A stretch of DNA of 62,434 bases. It comes from a virus (Duplodnaviria > Caudoviricetes). The notes below the pieces were generated by a model. The model was not told the origin of the DNA. It saw nothing but the letters and a program-made list of their open reading frames with translations, and made no database searches. How positions within the stretch are numbered: the first letter of the stretch is position 1; each line of letters begins with the position of its first letter. Both the position numbers and the translations under genes were made by a program. Positions 16,484 to 25,593 of this stretch are shown piece after piece. The stretch spans positions 1-62,434 of IMG/VR virus record IMGVR_UViG_3300042429_000522. One strand, written 5' to 3'.

Positions 16484-19375
16484 TTAGGCGTATGTTCTAC
16501 CGCCATCCACTGATCTAACAACCGTGATGCCATTATGCTGATGGTTGTACACAATATAAAGGTCATCCAGCCGTTCATAGATTGATATTGAGTCATTAGC
16601 CACATTACTAGTAACAACGGTCGTGGCGGCCATTACAACGGTTCCTGAAGCATCAAGAATCTTGCTTTGGATATCACTTCCCGATGTACGCCAGATGTAG
16701 ATTTCCAGCCCTTGATTATCAACAACCAACGCTGGGTGTGACCCGCTTGCATTTATAACAGTTGCCACGCTTACCGTTCCCCCATCGTTGCTTGTGTAGT
16801 ACCGTTTCAGCCCACCGGCTTCCTCGGTAAAGATAATCGTTCCAAGGTCAGCATCACGCCGGAGGCATCGAATCGCAAGGTCGGTGACCCCTGTAATGGT
16901 TGTAGGTGTCTCGGTGTAGTCTGTACCTAATGGCCCGTTTGCTCGCCATAAACTAACATCACCACTTTGTACCGTTGCATAGAAATGTTCGTAGACTGGA
17001 TTCCTATCAGCCGAGAAAACGTTTCCGGCTGGTGCTGGATTCTTGAATACAAAGCGGTAAGACTTGTTGACAAATAATGGGTCAGGGTCTCCACTGTTCT
17101 GTGCTAGGCATATAGTGTTGTGATTCTTTTGACCTAAGCCCATTGGCTGGGCAGTGTAATATCTGCCGTATACATCAGACACACCGGAGCCACGAACGGA
17201 ACCGTTAGAGTCTAGTATGAGCTGCACGGTCTCAGCTTCAAGCGGGTCTGCATCAGTTGCAAGTACCAAGCCAGCAGACCGACCACGTTGGTACGAGACA
17301 GCCCCAATAGAAAGCCACAAGCTCCCTGCATCGTCCTGCTCAAACACATCAAAGATATCCGGTACAAAGTTCCCATTGATAGAGCGGAAGTACGTCTGTG
17401 CTAACACATCCGCTTCTGGACCATCGTCGCTTTGATCGGTTTCTACCCAGTTCTTTATTTGAGCTGAACCACCTACAGTTTTGAAGGTAGTACCGCCAAG
17501 CCAGTAAGCATGGCCTGAAGTGCTATTAGCGTAACCGTTACGGATATAACTTGCGCTTGTGAGTGGTGTGCTTGCGCTTGCCGTATAGCCTTGATGGCGC
17601 TTCACGGTTCCATCTACCGCGTTCATTGCAGATACAAAGTTTGCTATGGTGCTGATAGTGTTAGTCGCTGGAGTATTTTGCCAAACCGCCCAACCTTCCT
17701 CAGTCATGCTGTTACCTTGACAGTCAGCAATGAAGTGTCGATTGGTTGTGTAGGTTACTCCAGCAAACGTTGTGAACTGTTGTTTATTCCATGCTCTGGC
17801 TGGCATCCAGTAGCCCTTGGTGTAATCGGAATCTGGCCCTTGGACGGCTAGTTTGATATCACCCATAATCAACCCAGTATGACCTAATGCAATCTGCGTT
17901 ATACGGGTCACTCCCCAATAATCGCCGTCTTCCATTTGGGCAGCATTGGTCGGATCTAATGGGTTCATCCTTGGATATGGATGGTCGGTTTCATCTAGTG
18001 TGCTGGTCTTGTTTTGAGGGCTGCATAGGTCAAGGTACACATCAATAAAAGTTGCACTGTTCGTGCTTACTTCCCATGACTTTGTATTGTTGCCGGGTTG
18101 ATAGGTCACGCTTATCGTGCCGTTGTGAGTGGTTCCGGATGGTGCTTTTATCTGCACCTTCATGTAACGGTAAGAGTTCAACCCAAAGCCGGGAGCCGTG
18201 AAACTTCGAGTGTCTGCAATCGATGCCGTTGAAACGTCTACCTCATCGGCTTGAACAACCGAGGCTCCGGGGAACGACCAGCCACGCATCATCATCGTCG
18301 TATTAGTACTGTCATCACCGAGCGCTGTTAGGCTTGATGCTTTGATGTCTGCATAGATCAATGATGGGGTTGTGTCTACCGTTGTGCTTTGGCTTTGTGA
18401 GGTTGTACTTGGAGATGTAAGCGTGTCCGATACGTTGTACTTGGCTGAAGACCCGTCTTCTTGAAACTGCCCAGCCGTTGCAATGATGTCGCGGTATCCA
18501 ACGGGCATATCAAACCCAGTAATACGAACATCAAGGTCATCGTAATAGTTTAGGTTATAGCTCCGAATGCGCCCTTTCAATCGAACCAAGCGCCTCAGCG
18601 TGTAGTTAGAAACAACCTCAGCAATAGCGTGTGGATCTAAAGGTGTCGTTCCTTGCACAATACTTTGTGTGGCTGTGGTTGATTGCCCTCCAAAGGAATG
18701 AGCGTAACCCGGTACGCTTGTTGCTAGACTTACACCGTTGACTGTCTGTCCACCAATCGTGAAGGTTTTAGCCACGCCGGTATTGTTCTTGTAGAACCAA
18801 GCCGTTCTAAGGTCATGCGTCATGGCTGATGCACTAGTGATAACCCCAGAGGCTGTTGCTGTTTGTCCTGCGATTACAACCCGTGCAAATGCAGTACCGC
18901 CTACGTTGGCAGTCTCATAGTTGTTGTATGTGATGTCAGGATAATCACTGCCAGCACCACCGAACGCAGGCTGTGTAATATCCCAATACACCGTTGACTG
19001 ATTGACTTCACCGGTATATGTAGCAAGCAATGCCCCAACGTTCACGCTGATGCCTACAGCCGCTTGTGCAGCTGTACCTGTGCCGCTTTGTAGTATCAAA
19101 CTAGTTGTGTTGGTTGTGCCAAACCCATTATTACAAACGCACACTGCTCGTACATCCCAAGACCAAGACGATGTACCTAAACTAGATGAACCACCAATAC
19201 CTAATATCGTGACGGTTACGCTTTGCTGGTTGCTTCCAAAGTTGAAATATTGCGGGTAGAACTCAGCCAGGGGGTCAGGGGTTGGGACATCATTCGGGAA
19301 TACGTGTACCCTACATTCAAACGATGCCGTAGCACCAACAGTGCTTGTTCTTGCTCGGTCAATATAGACTGCCAT
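16484..19375 (-). CDS. Large tail tip / adsorption protein
   Basis: 963 aa, Thr/Ser/Gly-rich, last tail gene; distant homolog at 49682-52618. Confidence 0.65.
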   Translation of the reverse strand: MAVYIDRARTSTVGATASFECRVHVFPNDVPTPDPLAEFYPQYFNFGSNQQSVTVTILGIGGSSSLGTSSWSWDVRAVCVCNNGFGTTNTTSLILQSGTGTAAQAAVGISVNVGALLATYTGEVNQSTVYWDITQPAFGGAGSDYPDITYNNYETANVGGTAFARVVIAGQTATASGVITSASAMTHDLRTAWFYKNNTGVAKTFTIGGQTVNGVSLATSVPGYAHSFGGQSTTATQSIVQGTTPLDPHAIAEVVSNYTLRRLVRLKGRIRSYNLNYYDDLDVRITGFDMPVGYRDIIATAGQFQEDGSSAKYNVSDTLTSPSTTSQSQSTTVDTTPSLIYADIKASSLTALGDDSTNTTMMMRGWSFPGASVVQADEVDVSTASIADTRSFTAPGFGLNSYRYMKVQIKAPSGTTHNGTISVTYQPGNNTKSWEVSTNSATFIDVYLDLCSPQNKTSTLDETDHPYPRMNPLDPTNAAQMEDGDYWGVTRITQIALGHTGLIMGDIKLAVQGPDSDYTKGYWMPARAWNKQQFTTFAGVTYTTNRHFIADCQGNSMTEEGWAVWQNTPATNTISTIANFVSAMNAVDGTVKRHQGYTASASTPLTSASYIRNGYANSTSGHAYWLGGTTFKTVGGSAQIKNWVETDQSDDGPEADVLAQTYFRSINGNFVPDIFDVFEQDDAGSLWLSIGAVSYQRGRSAGLVLATDADPLEAETVQLILDSNGSVRGSGVSDVYGRYYTAQPMGLGQKNHNTICLAQNSGDPDPLFVNKSYRFVFKNPAPAGNVFSADRNPVYEHFYATVQSGDVSLWRANGPLGTDYTETPTTITGVTDLAIRCLRRDADLGTIIFTEEAGGLKRYYTSNDGGTVSVATVINASGSHPALVVDNQGLEIYIWRTSGSDIQSKILDASGTVVMAATTVVTSNVANDSISIYERLDDLYIVYNHQHNGITVVRSVDGGRTYA

Positions 19376-21723
19376 TATCCACCCGGCCCCGGTACATAAG
19401 TGGTCACACCAGACTTGTATATGCCTTTATAGACACACTGCCGAATCGTAAAGGTGTTGTCTGTCACCTGCTCTTTTACAAACTGGATTTGAGGAATACT
19501 CACAACCTGATAAGTGCCGAGCGTTTCGGGAGGGTCAAGCGGGTTAGCAGGGTCTGACTCTTCTAGAATCTCAACCACGTCACCAATCCATACAATGTTT
19601 AGATGGTTGTTGACATCAAGATAAGTAAGCAGATCACTCTCCCACTCAATCAACTGCCGACCATTTACCAAGCGTTCACCTAGCAGCTCGGCAGCCTGAT
19701 CTACAGCCGCTTGACTTGTTAGGGATGGTTCACTTAGGATGTACTCTACCGGCCGTCCTCGCCAGTTCTGTGGCCTTGCAGAGGGTGCATAGGTTGGGTC
19801 TTGGCTGTTCACATCAACGTAAGTAAAGTTATAAAGTAATCGGTTCGTTTTAGGGTCTGCACCAATCACCGCAATCTGGTTTGCTTCCGGGCTTTCAAAG
19901 TACCGCTTCATGTTTCGTACGGTACGCTTTGCTCCCTGAGCTGCCGTATACCCACCGTAAGCAATGGCATCATAAGTAGACTGATAAAGCGTAACCGCAA
20001 TGGCAGTACCGACAGCGGTAGGGTCAGAGATAGCCAGCATATAACCGCCCACAGGTGTGCCGTTGGCTGTAGGCTTCCATCCCATAAACCAGTTCGCAAG
20101 GTAGGTATCACGGAAGCCTTGAAGGATACCGCCGGGATAATCACCACGCTTAGGTATCAAGGCATAACCAGCCTTTGATATCTCTGCGCTTTGTGGAATC
20201 GTAAAGGTGCTGCTGTGATTCTGCTGAAGATACACCGCAGGGTCATAACCTGCTAGCGGCATGATGTTGTAGAACACTTCGCCAATCGAATCACCATCAA
20301 GCGGTATTGATTCTTGACACATTGAAACGTCAAAGTCACCAAAGCGGTCTTCACCCGTAAACCTAAGCAAACTAAACTGCGGGCCACCCTCGCCGGGTTC
20401 ATAGATGATTTCTGGTGGGCTAAGTGTTCCACGGAACAAATCCACCCATACCTTAGTTGCATGGTTTGACTTGATCTGGATTGCTATTGGTCTATCACCG
20501 GTAATGGTTGGCTGAGAAACACCAAGGTCAATCAACCGCTTCACACGGGTAGTCATCTCAAGACTGGTTCTGCCATCTTCACCAAGCGAAAGGCTCAAAG
20601 ATTCAATGGCTGTTGTAATGTCTACATCATGATCTAAAGCCGTGCTGCTGTAGTCTGGATCCATCCAACCATCAGAGCAATACAAACCACTGTTTGTTCC
20701 GCCTGATGCAGCACTATAGGCAACCTTGATGCGTACATTCTTTCTTGTACCGTTAGGCACAAACGCAGGGTATCCAGCCACATCCTCAACGATAGAAGGC
20801 GTAATGGTTGGGTATGTAGCACCGTCACCAAAGTACTCGTGGTACGTCTGGAAGGTAGGTGTATTCCAATCACCTACAGTAGGGGCATAACGGAATAACT
20901 TAGGAGCGCCAAGGATGTAACCGGACTGTTCAAAGTAACATCTAGCAGCTTGGAAGGTTATCTTTCCGTTAGGCACTGTAACCGAAAACGTACCAGCCGG
21001 GATGATTGGTGCCGTTGCTATGTCGTTAGGGTAATCAAGATTCTCAAAGGTGTGGCTTAGACACGTCCCGTTATCAGTCCAAATCAGGAGCTCACGTCCA
21101 CGGAAGGGAATCAATAGTACATTGACGTACTTTTGTGCCGGGTTGAATATACTTGTATATGTTCGGGCGCTACTAAAGTTTGAACCAGACCGGTCGTATT
21201 CTTTTTGAAGCACTCCATTACGGAAGATGGCAATAGATCCGTTGTCTCTAAACTTCACCTGCACACTGAAGTTGTTAGGCGCTGAACCACCGGCGCCAAC
21301 GTTGTAGCCAAGCACCAAGAAAGTATCATCGCCTGATTCCTGAACACTGTTCCGGTAATACTTAAAGTACATCGGACAGTTAGCCGGTAGTGCTGTTGTT
21401 AGGTTGATAGGCAAAGTCGATGTAGACAGTTGCTTCAAGCCTTTATCATTGACACTTTTTGAGATTGACAGTTGATGCCACTTGGCAATGTCTGTGCCTG
21501 TGAAGTCACTGATGCCGTATCTGGCGTAGTTACCAGTAAAGGTTGACTTCCATGCGGTTGTAAGCGGTAAAGGCTTCAGCATGACCGTAGAAGTACACGG
21601 GTCAATCCATACGTTTTCAGACTTAGTAAAGTCCCAGGTGCTACCGTCAGCACCGACAGCAAGCCTGCCCTTGTATGGGCGTGGCTCGCTGATGTCCATG
21701 ATTACCCGCATCTGTCCAGCCAT
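19375..21723 (-). CDS. Minor tail / baseplate hub protein
   Basis: Follows tape measure; homolog at 52618-54828 shares NWRGRPV. Confidence 0.65.
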   Translation of the reverse strand: MAGQMRVIMDISEPRPYKGRLAVGADGSTWDFTKSENVWIDPCTSTVMLKPLPLTTAWKSTFTGNYARYGISDFTGTDIAKWHQLSISKSVNDKGLKQLSTSTLPINLTTALPANCPMYFKYYRNSVQESGDDTFLVLGYNVGAGGSAPNNFSVQVKFRDNGSIAIFRNGVLQKEYDRSGSNFSSARTYTSIFNPAQKYVNVLLIPFRGRELLIWTDNGTCLSHTFENLDYPNDIATAPIIPAGTFSVTVPNGKITFQAARCYFEQSGYILGAPKLFRYAPTVGDWNTPTFQTYHEYFGDGATYPTITPSIVEDVAGYPAFVPNGTRKNVRIKVAYSAASGGTNSGLYCSDGWMDPDYSSTALDHDVDITTAIESLSLSLGEDGRTSLEMTTRVKRLIDLGVSQPTITGDRPIAIQIKSNHATKVWVDLFRGTLSPPEIIYEPGEGGPQFSLLRFTGEDRFGDFDVSMCQESIPLDGDSIGEVFYNIMPLAGYDPAVYLQQNHSSTFTIPQSAEISKAGYALIPKRGDYPGGILQGFRDTYLANWFMGWKPTANGTPVGGYMLAISDPTAVGTAIAVTLYQSTYDAIAYGGYTAAQGAKRTVRNMKRYFESPEANQIAVIGADPKTNRLLYNFTYVDVNSQDPTYAPSARPQNWRGRPVEYILSEPSLTSQAAVDQAAELLGERLVNGRQLIEWESDLLTYLDVNNHLNIVWIGDVVEILEESDPANPLDPPETLGTYQVVSIPQIQFVKEQVTDNTFTIRQCVYKGIYKSGVTTYVPGPGG

Positions 21724-23321
21724 TAGCGCACCGGCATTCCCTGTCCACCATTGACGGCAAACAGAATATTATTTTGAATCATGTCTTTAATGCCACGGGT
21801 AACCATAGTGTCACCACGGATAGGCTTCACCTTAGTTATCTCACTACGGTAGTTCATACCCATACCTGCAAGTTCAGCACCCGTGATGCCGAGTCTGCCC
21901 ATCTCACCACCACCCAGCGTCTGCCGTCTAAGGTCAAGTAGATCCGCTGATTTCTTGGTATTGGATTCAATCTTTCCCAGAGTGGTTTTTACATCCTTTG
22001 TATCTTTTGGTTGTTTGATATCACCACCAGCACCAAACGGATCTTTTTTCTTTTTGTCATCTTCCTTAGCTTGGTTTAGTTTTGATTCAAGAGCATATCT
22101 AAACCCATAAAAGTCAGACATAACATTGCCTGTATCGCCCGTGGTTTTACCAGTTGGGTCAAACATTCTTGGCAGTGCCGTCAGTAGGGTCATGCTCCTT
22201 GAGCCAATGCGCTGAAGACTACCTAAGAATGTTTGGTCCTTGCTTACGTTCTCCCATTCTTTGATGATGTAAGAAAGGTTTCGTGGCAATATGTTTGCCA
22301 TAGATGCAAGCACCGCAACAATGTCCAAGAATACGGACTTGACATCAAGACCAACACCGACAATGGCTTCTAGTGGTTTCATCATCTGCTCGGCAAATAT
22401 CTGTGGAAATTGACTAGATGCAATTTCGCCAGCAATACCACCGATAGCCTTATAGAAAGGTTTCAAGGCGTTGTTTGTAACTTCACCAAACTTACGCTCA
22501 ATCATTTGCAGAGAATCTAGCGTTGTTGCCTTCAAAGCTTTAGTCGTATCGGCTGAACGCTTCAATGCACCGCTGTACTTTTCATCAATGATTTTTTCAA
22601 GTGCAACCATTGCTTCTTCGGCTGAACTTAGCAATGATCCACCAGCATCAAACTTGACACCCTTGGCAGCCATGTCTTTTTTGCTGATACCCATCGCGCC
22701 CATCACTTCAGCATCTGGCATCTGCCCCTGCTTAAGCATATTCATTGCACGGGTATACATCATCAGGCGTTCTTGGTCGGCTCCCATAGCCTGACCAAGT
22801 TTGGTAATCATTGGCAGAACGCGTTCTACATTCTGTCCAAAGGCAGCAAGGCTAACTGTAGATTGTTCAAGTTGTTGGGTAGTAAACTCTGACGGTCCGG
22901 CTTCCTTAGCAGCCAACGCCATGAGTTCTTGAGCCCGTCTAGCAGACCCGGTCAATCCTTCAAGCCGTGCCTTCATGGCTTCAAACTCTTCACCAGCCGC
23001 ACGGCTGTCAAACATCATCTTGTATGAAGCGGCAGATAAGCCAAACATAGCTGCAGTAAAACCAGCAACTGCGACGGCTCCAGCCCCAGCAGTACCAATA
23101 AAAACAGCCATGCGAGGTGTGATTGAGGCGTATGCTTTACCGACATTGGCTAGAGCATTGGCTACATTGACTCCAGCAATCTCTAAACCATCAAACGGCT
23201 TCTTTGTTTCATCGGCAGCCTTGGCTGTTTTCTTTAGGTCTTTCTCGGTCTCATTGAGTTTCCGCTTGACCTCGTCCCCACCTTGAGCGGAAAGTTTTAC
23301 TACAAGTTCTGCGACTGTCAT
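21723..23321 (-). CDS. Tape measure protein
   Basis: Ala/Gly-rich helical protein after the frameshifted chaperone. Confidence 0.85.
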   Translation of the reverse strand: MTVAELVVKLSAQGGDEVKRKLNETEKDLKKTAKAADETKKPFDGLEIAGVNVANALANVGKAYASITPRMAVFIGTAGAGAVAVAGFTAAMFGLSAASYKMMFDSRAAGEEFEAMKARLEGLTGSARRAQELMALAAKEAGPSEFTTQQLEQSTVSLAAFGQNVERVLPMITKLGQAMGADQERLMMYTRAMNMLKQGQMPDAEVMGAMGISKKDMAAKGVKFDAGGSLLSSAEEAMVALEKIIDEKYSGALKRSADTTKALKATTLDSLQMIERKFGEVTNNALKPFYKAIGGIAGEIASSQFPQIFAEQMMKPLEAIVGVGLDVKSVFLDIVAVLASMANILPRNLSYIIKEWENVSKDQTFLGSLQRIGSRSMTLLTALPRMFDPTGKTTGDTGNVMSDFYGFRYALESKLNQAKEDDKKKKDPFGAGGDIKQPKDTKDVKTTLGKIESNTKKSADLLDLRRQTLGGGEMGRLGITGAELAGMGMNYRSEITKVKPIRGDTMVTRGIKDMIQNNILFAVNGGQGMPVR

Positions 23322-23505
23322 AGCACCCTACCTTGAAGACTTTTGATGAGGGCTTCCCACCGTGCATCTTCCATCTTGTCTTGATGCCTTCCAGCCCATA
23401 CAACCTCGTACACCTGCCCCATAGATAAATCAAGCTCGGAAGGATGCCGACCTAACCGGTTCACGGAGTAGTAGAGAAATTCTCCGGCTACTCCGTACAG
23501 GCGTT
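23318..23505 (-). CDS. -1 frameshift extension of the chaperone (gpGT-like)
   Basis: Open -1 frame KRLYGVAGEFLYYSVNRLGRHPSE... ends on the tape measure ATG; homologous in B. Confidence 0.8.
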
Positions 23506-23874
23506 TTTTACTTCGATTACCTCTTCATCTACTGTGCCACGCTGGAAGTATTCCCAGTGCTTGGCAAAGATGAAAAGAAACACATCACGATGGTTACGGG
23601 CAAGACTACCAAAAGACCGGATAGGCGATACCTCAGTATCGGTGTCATCCTTTATGTAGGTCTTGCCAAGTAAACACACTTGATCCAACATCAGCGCCGG
23701 AAACTCAGGGAATGCAATCTTGATTTCTTGCTTGAGTTCCGGATTAGGGAAAAGGTCAGCAGCCCTTGGTTCTCGAAACCGGATGATGTCATGCTCCCCG
23801 GTTACTTCAAACAGATCGATTACAAGGGCTGTTTTTTCTTCCCGCTTCAGCGCATCAATGCGGGCTAATCCCAT
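23488..23874 (-). CDS. Tail assembly chaperone (gpG-like)
   Basis: Between major tail and tape measure; A-AAA-AAC at 23503-23509. Confidence 0.8.
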   Translation of the reverse strand: MGLARIDALKREEKTALVIDLFEVTGEHDIIRFREPRAADLFPNPELKQEIKIAFPEFPALMLDQVCLLGKTYIKDDTDTEVSPIRSFGSLARNHRDVFLFIFAKHWEYFQRGTVDEEVIEVKNACTE

Positions 23875-24320
23875 TAACTAACCACCGTCGTGAAGCCGAA
23901 TCCACCAAGGGTGATTGTTGCGGTCTCTGTGCTGACTTCACCGGGTGTAAGGTTGATAGTTGCATCTGTAACCAAACCATTGTAAACCTTGGTCATTGAT
24001 GCGACAGTACCAGCACCGTCAAGGTCAATCTCAACCTTGCACAAGTAACCAACCTTGTCACGGAAGATAGGCCCGGTTGTCTTGTCTACATAAAGCTCGA
24101 TTTCAAGCGTACCGGTTTTACGGGTTTCAAGTGTTTCGATCACAGTAGAACACAAGGTAGATAGGTCAATCGTGCTTGACTGGATTGAAGCCCGGACGCT
24201 CTTTGATTGACAGGTGTAAGCGGTTGAAGGAGATGCAGGTGTAGGCGATGCGCCAAGCTGCGCGTCAGTACCAAACGATACTTCAACGGTTGCATTGCTG
24301 ACTAGAATAGGTGCTGGCAT
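23874..24320 (-). CDS. Major tail protein
   Basis: Position, size, IDLSTLC motif. Confidence 0.75.
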   Translation of the reverse strand: MPAPILVSNATVEVSFGTDAQLGASPTPASPSTAYTCQSKSVRASIQSSTIDLSTLCSTVIETLETRKTGTLEIELYVDKTTGPIFRDKVGYLCKVEIDLDGAGTVASMTKVYNGLVTDATINLTPGEVSTETATITLGGFGFTTVVS

Positions 24321-24323
24321 AAG

Positions 24324-24800
24324 TTACTCCACAGACTGAATGATGTACGTGGCGGTTACGGCAACATCAGTCCGACCACCTTCCGATAAAACAAAGGATT
24401 GCCCAGCAACGTCACGGGTACAAAACAGGTTAGGCGTGGTGGTTGTTACCTTCTGCCCATCGAGCAGAGTATCAATCCTTGCCATTATTGTTTGCGCTCT
24501 TGCCATGCTTAAGGCTCCACTTGCAGTATCCCACACGGTGATTCTGTACCCGCTATCGGTCAAGAACCGACCATTACAAAGGCTACGCTCAAGCACGGCT
24601 TGTGATGCAGACGTGAAGACCACGTAAGGCACCTGTACTGGTCTGCGGCTGATAGGGTCTACCTGTGGCGCAACGGCGTTGTAGATGCCCATCTGATAAC
24701 CGTTTGGCTCGTTGTTAGGAGCAAGTAAACCAAGCAGGGTAGCGTCACCGGTTAGGGTTTCGTAAATCCACTGGTCTATAGTTGGCAGTTCGTATGACAT
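24324..24800 (-). CDS. Tail terminator / completion protein (DUF3168-like)
   Basis: LTGDATL, PYVVF, ITVWD; upstream of major tail. Confidence 0.75.
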   Translation of the reverse strand: MSYELPTIDQWIYETLTGDATLLGLLAPNNEPNGYQMGIYNAVAPQVDPISRRPVQVPYVVFTSASQAVLERSLCNGRFLTDSGYRITVWDTASGALSMARAQTIMARIDTLLDGQKVTTTTPNLFCTRDVAGQSFVLSEGGRTDVAVTATYIIQSVE

Positions 24801-25243
24801 TACTGGCCTCGTAAAACACTTCTAAGCGCACGAACAAAGATAGGCCGGATTGCCATAAGAGCCGGTTCCATAAACGGGCGAGCTGGTACGGTGTTGCCAC
24901 CCTTTGAAGTCCATCCAAGTTCAAGCGGTACTGCGTACTTTGCATCGGCTTTGATCGTTGCAGATACGCCCTTACTTCGATCTAGTTGCATTGCATGGTT
25001 TATGCTGTTCGCAAGAAAGCCGGTATCACTGTTAGGTGGTGAACCCGGAGGGCTTGACCAATGAACAATGTCATTGTCCTTGCCACTCCTGTATTCTCTA
25101 TAGTGTCCGCTGTTTGTAGTAATACTGGTTTTGGCGTTGGCTTCAACGTCTGCCGCAGCTTTACCTACAATCATGGTTATCTTGCCTAGATTCGCCTTGT
25201 ACGCATCTAGGGCAGTGGTCTTCAAGGACACAGTTACATTCAC
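24800..25243 (-). CDS. HK97 gp10-like neck protein
   Basis: SxPGxPP..DTG.L..SI, LELG, PARPF. Confidence 0.8.
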   Translation of the reverse strand: MNVTVSLKTTALDAYKANLGKITMIVGKAAADVEANAKTSITTNSGHYREYRSGKDNDIVHWSSPPGSPPNSDTGFLANSINHAMQLDRSKGVSATIKADAKYAVPLELGWTSKGGNTVPARPFMEPALMAIRPIFVRALRSVLRGQ

Positions 25244-25593
25244 GGAGCCAGCACCTGTATCTGTAAAGGGCCAAAGCGGCGCACCGTGGTTGACACCGTG
25301 AAGGATATCGTTAGCCTGATATCTGCCGCTGTACCGTAAGCCGCAGGGTTCAACACCGACAAGATGCCTTGTGCGCTGTACTGCTTGGTTAGCGTAACGC
25401 TACCGGACGGGAATGTATACGTCGAGCCGGTCTGGATGTTGGTAAAGGTTGCACCGAGTGTACCGGTAGTGATGTCTACCGGGCTTCCCAGTTCATCCAC
25501 CAGACGCACCACATAACTGTGCCAGTCACCGACCCATGCGGAGACTTGCACGACCTGCTGAGGGTCTTCAGTAAGGTCAAAGATTAGTGCCAT
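25240..25593 (-). CDS. BppU-like virion protein
   Basis: PVDITTG...FGPL; resembles C-terminal domain of the upstream gene. Confidence 0.55.
   Translation of the reverse strand: MALIFDLTEDPQQVVQVSAWVGDWHSYVVRLVDELGSPVDITTGTLGATFTNIQTGSTYTFPSGSVTLTKQYSAQGILSVLNPAAYGTAADIRLTISFTVSTTVRRFGPLQIQVLAP

Noticed and set aside
16384-16617. 77-aa ORF bridging the tail gene and endolysin as a spanin or holin
   Set aside because: No equivalent ORF in B; conservation there fits RNA stems
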